Source: a virus (taxonomy: Duplodnaviria; Caudoviricetes). From it: 64,000 nucleotides of DNA. Within the stretch, counting starts at the first letter, position 1. The number at the start of each line of letters is the position of its first letter. The notes under the pieces were generated by a model. The model ran no database searches, had not been told where the DNA came from, and saw only the letters and a list, made by a program, of their open reading frames with translations. Location of the stretch: positions 94,918 to 158,917 of the IMG/VR virus record IMGVR_UViG_3300021256_000062; one strand, written 5' to 3'. The position numbers were made by a program, and so were the translations under genes. This document shows, piece by piece, positions 58,717-64,000 of this stretch.

Positions 58717-59311
58717 CCTTTTCTTCCTCCTTTTCTAAATTTCTATTATCTTTCATTCTAATAATACTACCCATAGAACGTACATAAGGATGTAATAATT
58801 TATTTAAACAATCCTTAGCTTTACATTCACTAGAAAATCCATATTCAGCTAAATAGCATCTAACCATTGATGCATTGATAGGAATTAAATTTCTACTTAT
58901 AGTTAATTCAGTTAAATTATCATATACATTTTTATCAATCCAATCATTTCTATCAACTTCAGTACCATTGATTACAAAGTCTGGATATTCTCCACAATAA
59001 TATTTAATTGTGTTCATCAAATAATTACCCCATTCAGGAACATAACCAATTCCAATATTAATTATAGGATATATCTCAACTTTGTCTCCATAGATTTCTT
59101 TGATTAGTGTTTTTCTCTCTTCAAATGTAAATGGATTATTTTTAGTTCTAGATGTTTCAGCATTACCTAATAGAATTACAAACCTATCACATAAGGATAG
59201 ACCTAAATCAATTAATTGTTCATGACCTTTGTGTATAGGTTGCATTCTTCCTACCATAAATCCTAGTTTAAACTTATTATTCATTACAATCAACTCCTTT
59301 CTTAACAGCAT
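58682..59311 (-). CDS. NadM-like NMN/NaMN adenylyltransferase
   Basis: GRMQPIHKGH, NPFTFEER, INASMVR. Confidence 0.82.
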   Translation of the reverse strand: MLLRKELIVMNNKFKLGFMVGRMQPIHKGHEQLIDLGLSLCDRFVILLGNAETSRTKNNPFTFEERKTLIKEIYGDKVEIYPIINIGIGYVPEWGNYLMNTIKYYCGEYPDFVINGTEVDRNDWIDKNVYDNLTELTISRNLIPINASMVRCYLAEYGFSSECKAKDCLNKLLHPYVRSMGSIIRMKDNRNLEKEEEKDETISSDRCTE

Positions 59312-59314
59312 TTC

Positions 59315-59725
59315 TTAAATATGTTGTATATTCTTAAATCTATCTAATTCATCTATATGTTTAAGTTCATCATAAATTTCTAGCATCCCTAGATAGTTAT
59401 AATATATGAAAAAGGATACTTGTGGATAATCTGAATAAATTCTAGATGCTACATCCAATAATGAAACTGGTGTTTGATTAGTCATCATAGTCATACATGA
59501 ATAAACGTCAGGAATATCACCTAAATATGACATAATTTTAACATATTCATCTCTAAATTTACAACACATATGAATATTTACATCACAAGTTAAAAATAGT
59601 CGGCCTAATTTTTCATTAAAATGACAAGTAAACCCTGCACTTAAAGGTTTACTTTTTAAATAAGATATTACTCCATCCACTGATAATAATATAGGTTTAC
59701 CTTCATCCTTTTTAAAGTAGACCAT
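59315..59725 (-). CDS. Hypothetical protein
   Basis: 136 aa ORF. Confidence 0.6.
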   Translation of the reverse strand: MVYFKKDEGKPILLSVDGVISYLKSKPLSAGFTCHFNEKLGRLFLTCDVNIHMCCKFRDEYVKIMSYLGDIPDVYSCMTMMTNQTPVSLLDVASRIYSDYPQVSFFIYYNYLGMLEIYDELKHIDELDRFKNIQHI

Positions 59726-60099
59726 TATGCTTCCACCTCTCTAAATTCCATTTGCCAATTATCACATTCTTGGTATATTATACCTGTAATGAAATTAATA
59801 TTATCTAAACTCCAATCAGATAAATTGTACCAACTAGTTTTAAGACCATTTTTTCTTATAATTCTAAATTGTTTTTTCATAATAAATACCTCCAAATTTG
59901 TATTTCTACACTAATTATATCATTGAGATATTAATATGTCAATAATTTTTTTTATAATACTAAAAAATAAAATCATAAATACAATAATTACAACATCTAA
60001 AAGAATCTTAATAAGTCTACACTGATACTTATTTCATTAGAGTGTTCTTTATTTGCAATTATTTTATCTATGATTGATGGGCATCTAAATTATACTTTT

Positions 60100-60465
60100 T
60101 TATTTTTCATTTAATATCAACCCTTTACCATCAATTTCTATTGCTACATAATTTAATGCAGTTTCAGTTTCTATTACACCATATAGTATACAAGTTGTAT
60201 TTTGCTTATCGTGGTCATAAACGTACTTAGCATCCTCGTATGTATCGTATGCAGAAAATGTATTGCTTTCTACAAACTTAATGATAAAGCAGTCGCATAA
60301 CTCATCTATTGAATCGGCTGTTTTCAATGCTTTTGAAAATCCGTTTACATCATTGTCAAACTTTGCTACAAGTGTTATTCTTCCATCATCATAACAACAC
60401 TTATAGTATCTTTCATTTTCTTCAACTACTTCATATACTTTTTCTTTTGTTCTTACATATTTCAT
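60100..60465 (-). CDS. Hypothetical protein (tandem paralog of 60462-60815)
   Basis: YVRT..VYE, DELCD.F, YG.I.T...L.Y.A. Confidence 0.65.
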   Translation of the reverse strand: MKYVRTKEKVYEVVEENERYYKCCYDDGRITLVAKFDNDVNGFSKALKTADSIDELCDCFIIKFVESNTFSAYDTYEDAKYVYDHDKQNTTCILYGVIETETALNYVAIEIDGKGLILNEK

Positions 60466-60815
60466 AGTAATTCAAACTCACCTTTCTCATTTAGTTTTGC
60501 TGCATAGATAAGTCCTTTATCAGTCCATATTGCGCCTTTAATAGTTGATATTGCTTTAAGTGAAAAAGAAATATCAATATCAGTATCATAATCGTACCAC
60601 ATATCAGTATTGCTATCTCTCCAGCATTTTTCGTGTTTTAAAAAATTGTTAAATTCATATCTAAACTCATCACATAAATCAGCTAAGTTGTCGGATTGTT
60701 TAAGTATTTCAAATGAAGATATATATTTATTTTTGTTACCATTATTACAATAACAAGAACCATCTCCCAAACATTTAATAGTTTCATATATTCCATTTTC
60801 AGTTCTTACAAACAT
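60462..60815 (-). CDS. Hypothetical protein (tandem paralog)
   Basis: FVRT..IYE, DLCDEF, GAIWT.KGL.Y.A. Confidence 0.65.
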   Translation of the reverse strand: MFVRTENGIYETIKCLGDGSCYCNNGNKNKYISSFEILKQSDNLADLCDEFRYEFNNFLKHEKCWRDSNTDMWYDYDTDIDISFSLKAISTIKGAIWTDKGLIYAAKLNEKGEFELL

Positions 60816-60830
60816 CTTTACTCACCAACC

Positions 60831-61103
60831 TTACTCAACTTGATTTCCTAAAGAACAAGTTTCACGCTTTGATATATACAAACTAACATTATTAGTAGTC
60901 CATATAGATAATTCAATATCAATTTTTCTAGCATATTTTTCTAAAAGACAAATAACCTCATCAAAAGAATCAACATTCAATTCTAACTTTATGCCAAATA
61001 CATCTTCTTCAATAGTGAGTAGATGTTTATTTCTAAGTTCATCAACTAAACTTTTTAAAAATTGTTCTTCTTTATAATCATAAACTTTAATTTCAACTAT
61101 CAT
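60831..61103 (-). CDS. Hypothetical protein
   Basis: 90 aa ORF in a tightly packed small-gene array. Confidence 0.55.
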   Translation of the reverse strand: MIVEIKVYDYKEEQFLKSLVDELRNKHLLTIEEDVFGIKLELNVDSFDEVICLLEKYARKIDIELSIWTTNNVSLYISKRETCSLGNQVE

Positions 61104-61106
61104 TAT

Positions 61107-61349
61107 TTATTCACCAACTTTCTTAATCTTACATACTAGCCAACTAAACTTAATGAAAATAGGCTTACCATCATCATCTTTACCATCATAATCATAATAA
61201 CCATCTTCATAGATTTCATTTTTAAATGTTCCTGATATAACCTTTAAACCATCTATTTCCTTTTTGTGATAACTTTTACCATTATACTCAAACTTTTTAA
61301 TATCTGGATTCTTTTCCAACTGCTCTTTGCAGTAATCAAATAATGTCAT
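61107..61349 (-). CDS. Hypothetical protein
   Basis: 80 aa ORF. Confidence 0.55.
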   Translation of the reverse strand: MTLFDYCKEQLEKNPDIKKFEYNGKSYHKKEIDGLKVISGTFKNEIYEDGYYDYDGKDDDGKPIFIKFSWLVCKIKKVGE

Positions 61350-61978
61350 CCCATCATCTCCTTTAACACTTTCTTTCTAATTTCAATAGTTTTTTCTTTA
61401 TTTAAGATTTTGCATAGCCATTGTGGTTGTATTGAGATTAAGATTTTATCTTCTACATCCCATTCACACACTTTCATCATATTTTGAGGTGCTTTCATAA
61501 CTTGTTGATAATCATAAAAACTACTGCATTTCTTACAATCAAAACCAAAATTATTGCAACTATCACAAATGATTGAATCATAAGTTTGTGGTTTTCTAGT
61601 TGTATAATCACTTAAATCTCTTGGCTCATCAAATATATGTAAGTTTTTAATGTGGATGGCATAACCTTTGTTATACCCTAGATACTCCTCTACTTGTTGA
61701 TGATTTAAGCAACTTTTATCATAGAATTTATCTACAAATGTATTTTGTGGCTCGTAATAGTGATATGGCTTATTGTTAGCAACTATTAAACTGTATTCTA
61801 TTTCCTCAACCTCAAAATCACATTCACCTACGATTTTGCCATTTAATAAGTAATCTTGTTTTTCGTGAAATTTATGAGTAGATGTTATATATTTACTTTC
61901 ATAAAATTCATAAACGTTTTGATTAAATAAATAAGGCTTTGCTTTAGTGCAGTATAGTAATAGTTTCATCCTAACCAC
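61346..61978 (-). CDS. Circularly permuted ASCH-domain protein
   Basis: YCTK..NGKIVGEC..GYAIHI..L.IFDEP..APQ precedes ILISIQPQW..KIL..EKTIEIRK. Confidence 0.6.
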   Translation of the reverse strand: MVRMKLLLYCTKAKPYLFNQNVYEFYESKYITSTHKFHEKQDYLLNGKIVGECDFEVEEIEYSLIVANNKPYHYYEPQNTFVDKFYDKSCLNHQQVEEYLGYNKGYAIHIKNLHIFDEPRDLSDYTTRKPQTYDSIICDSCNNFGFDCKKCSSFYDYQQVMKAPQNMMKVCEWDVEDKILISIQPQWLCKILNKEKTIEIRKKVLKEMMG

Positions 61979-62550
61979 CTCTTTAATAAATCATATTCAT
62001 TATCAGTAAGCTCGGTAGTTTCACCAGTTTTATGCTTTACTCTTGTATAATAATCAAGCCAACTTGTAGATTTTTTTAATAATTTTATATCGACATCTTT
62101 TTCCTTAATAATCTCTAACACCTTTTCTTGCTCTTGTGCTTTTTCATATTCAAGAAAGGCATTCATTAGTTCACTATATTTTGCTAATTGCATACAAACT
62201 AAATTTTTATTTTTATAGGTAAAATGAGAACTAGATTGTTCATCCGGTAATCTTAATGACAAATCCAATCTTCTAAATTCAAGCAAGGCTTGTTTAATAG
62301 GTAAAATTAAGTTATCAACATAATCGTTAATAGAATCATTTATACCATTACCGATTAACATATCTTTTAGTGTTTCTAATACTTTATCAGGCTTTGCTTC
62401 CTTAATTGCTTTTAGTTCAAGTAAAGCATTATTTACAATATCAAGTTCTTCTTTTAATGGATTCTCAACATATTCACTACCCATATCGTGTATGATTTCA
62501 TCATTATAATGATATATAGTAGTCCACGCTTCATCTAATTCTTTATTCAT
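61966..62550 (-). CDS. Hypothetical protein
   Basis: 194 aa; LEIIKEKDVD...LT..EYDLLK.WL C-terminus. Confidence 0.6.
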   Translation of the reverse strand: MNKELDEAWTTIYHYNDEIIHDMGSEYVENPLKEELDIVNNALLELKAIKEAKPDKVLETLKDMLIGNGINDSINDYVDNLILPIKQALLEFRRLDLSLRLPDEQSSSHFTYKNKNLVCMQLAKYSELMNAFLEYEKAQEQEKVLEIIKEKDVDIKLLKKSTSWLDYYTRVKHKTGETTELTDNEYDLLKRWLG

Positions 62551-62714
62551 CTTTCTTCACCACTATCATAAATACACTATTAAAAGCATAATCAACTTTA
62601 ATGATAATATAACCTTTTTCTAAAAATTCTTTTTGAATATTTGATAAATCACTTTCGTGAAATATTTCTATTAATAATTCATCTTCATTTTCATCAATTT
62701 TCCAAATTCTATAA

Positions 62715-62948
62715 TTACTCATTATCTTCTACCTCGATTTTTTCTTTTGTTTTTTTCTTATTTACCTTTGCTCCCAAGAAAGCAATACCTAATATTAAAG
62801 ATACAGTTGCTACTGTGATTATTAATACTTGACTAGCAAATATAATTAAATCTTCTTCATCTCTAATGATTATTAGCCGAACAACTAATAGTATCGATAC
62901 TGCCACTAATAACAAACCCATTAGTTTTAATAAAATCTTATCTATCAT
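62715..62948 (-). CDS. Small two-TM membrane protein
   Basis: Two hydrophobic stretches. Confidence 0.55.
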   Translation of the reverse strand: MIDKILLKLMGLLLVAVSILLVVRLIIIRDEEDLIIFASQVLIITVATVSLILGIAFLGAKVNKKKTKEKIEVEDNE

Positions 62949-63162
62949 CTATTGCTTTCCTCAATTCATCTATTATTTGTTTATCTATTATGTTGTAATC
63001 ATAATATGTTCCTAATACTATCATTTTGCCATCTTTTGTCTTATAGCAAACAAGAGCAGTTGTAAAATCTCTACCATCACTCTCATCTATTCCTACTAGA
63101 CAAGTGATTTCTTTTACCTTTACTGCATTACGCTTGATTTTATCTATGTCTAGTTTTGGCAT
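62938..63162 (-). CDS. Hypothetical protein
   Basis: 74 aa ORF. Confidence 0.55.
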   Translation of the reverse strand: MPKLDIDKIKRNAVKVKEITCLVGIDESDGRDFTTALVCYKTKDGKMIVLGTYYDYNIIDKQIIDELRKAIDDR

Positions 63163-63164
63163 AT

Positions 63165-63578
63165 CTATTCACTCTTATCCTTTTTAAACTTAATTCCGTT
63201 TATAATTAAATAGTCAATTTGTTCTATTTTTTCATTAGAAACTTCAATTTTTAAATCCATTGAAGTTTGGTTTAAATAAATATGTTCACATTCAATTGTT
63301 AAAATGTTGTCTGCTGGATTATGTAATGTATATTCTTCCGTTATCTTTGGCATTACTCGATTTTCCTCCATATAAAAATTAATTTTATCATAAGTATTTT
63401 TATCGACTATATATAAATCATCAATCACAGGCTCTGATGTTATTTTAATACTATCTATAATCTCATTATCATCATTTAAAATATAATATTCTATATGATT
63501 TATGCATTGATAATTTGGTCGCCTACAATGTATTTTATCAAAGCATTTTAAATCTATCACATATTCATCATCTCTCAT
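63165..63578 (-). CDS. Hypothetical protein
   Basis: 137 aa ORF. Confidence 0.55.
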   Translation of the reverse strand: MRDDEYVIDLKCFDKIHCRRPNYQCINHIEYYILNDDNEIIDSIKITSEPVIDDLYIVDKNTYDKINFYMEENRVMPKITEEYTLHNPADNILTIECEHIYLNQTSMDLKIEVSNEKIEQIDYLIINGIKFKKDKSE

Positions 63579-64000
63579 TTTAGCAATTCCTCCTGTTGCT
63601 TTATTTTCTTTACTTCTTCTTCTGGTATGAATCTTATAATCTTGATTCGGTTACTTAATAAGGCTCCGTTATGTTCTACTACTGCTCCTAATGGCTCTAT
63701 TTCACAATAGCAAGTAGGACTATAATGTTTTGATATCTCGGTTATACTTTCACAAAAATGAAATACCTTATCAGTAGCATTACATTTTTCACCACCTAGA
63801 ACATTGATTTCATCATTACTGAATTTTGTTTCATAGGTTTTGCCAATCTCGAACTTGAAATCGTTCCAACCTTTAAACTGTGTATCAGATAACTTATGAT
63901 AGAATCCTTTGTAGTAGTGAATATTTCTCTTTGGTGCTTTTTCCTTTATTGGTTTGAAGTTCTTAAACCATTCATTAAATGCAGCTTGAACTTCATCGCT
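63575..64000 (-). CDS. Hypothetical protein, 5'-truncated
   Basis: Open frame ...FKFEIGKTYE...FHFCES...YCEIEPLG...; TGA overlaps the next ATG. Confidence 0.6.
   Translation of the reverse strand, partial: SDEVQAAFNEWFKNFKPIKEKAPKRNIHYYKGFYHKLSDTQFKGWNDFKFEIGKTYETKFSNDEINVLGGEKCNATDKVFHFCESITEISKHYSPTCYCEIEPLGAVVEHNGALLSNRIKIIRFIPEEEVKKIKQQEELLK

Overview
A low-GC 64 kb segment of a large T4-like (jumbo-type) phage; essentially all genes are on the minus strand and use standard code 11. The host is probably a low-GC Bacillota or Mollicute-like bacterium, inferred from perfect sigmaA promoters, a tmRNA tag ending YAFA, and a minimal tRNA set. Contents: (i) a head module (terminase, portal, prohead protease-scaffold fusion, major capsid, neck protein); (ii) very large modular acidic proteins with ART-like, ParB-like, SprT, SWIM and nucleotidyltransferase modules separated by [L/I/V]xE[S/D] linkers, probably packaged and processed by the prohead protease; (iii) 26 tRNAs covering all 20 amino acids, plus a tmRNA; (iv) RNA-repair genes (RNA ligase, PNK-HD, phosphoesterases, Thg1) and NAD-salvage genes; (v) a paralogous fibre-like gene family paired with GT25-like genes. 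The strongest candidate for an undescribed system is a DUF2828 (Ro60/TROVE-like, vWA) gene associated with nine copies of a covarying RNA clamp (AGWYNN-NNAC[A/U/C]GCAA ... complementary arm-CU[U/A]G). Six clamps enclose tRNA mimics: isolated anticodon stem-loops, a near-complete tRNA, a mini-tRNA and two circularly permuted tRNAs. One copy sits in the gene's own leader. This looks like a new Y-RNA-like family. Just upstream is a ~1.15 kb highly structured non-coding RNA candidate with an embedded tRNA-elbow domain. A nucleotidyltransferase also appears split between two genes 20 kb apart. All protein assignments are motif recognition by eye; no searches were run.
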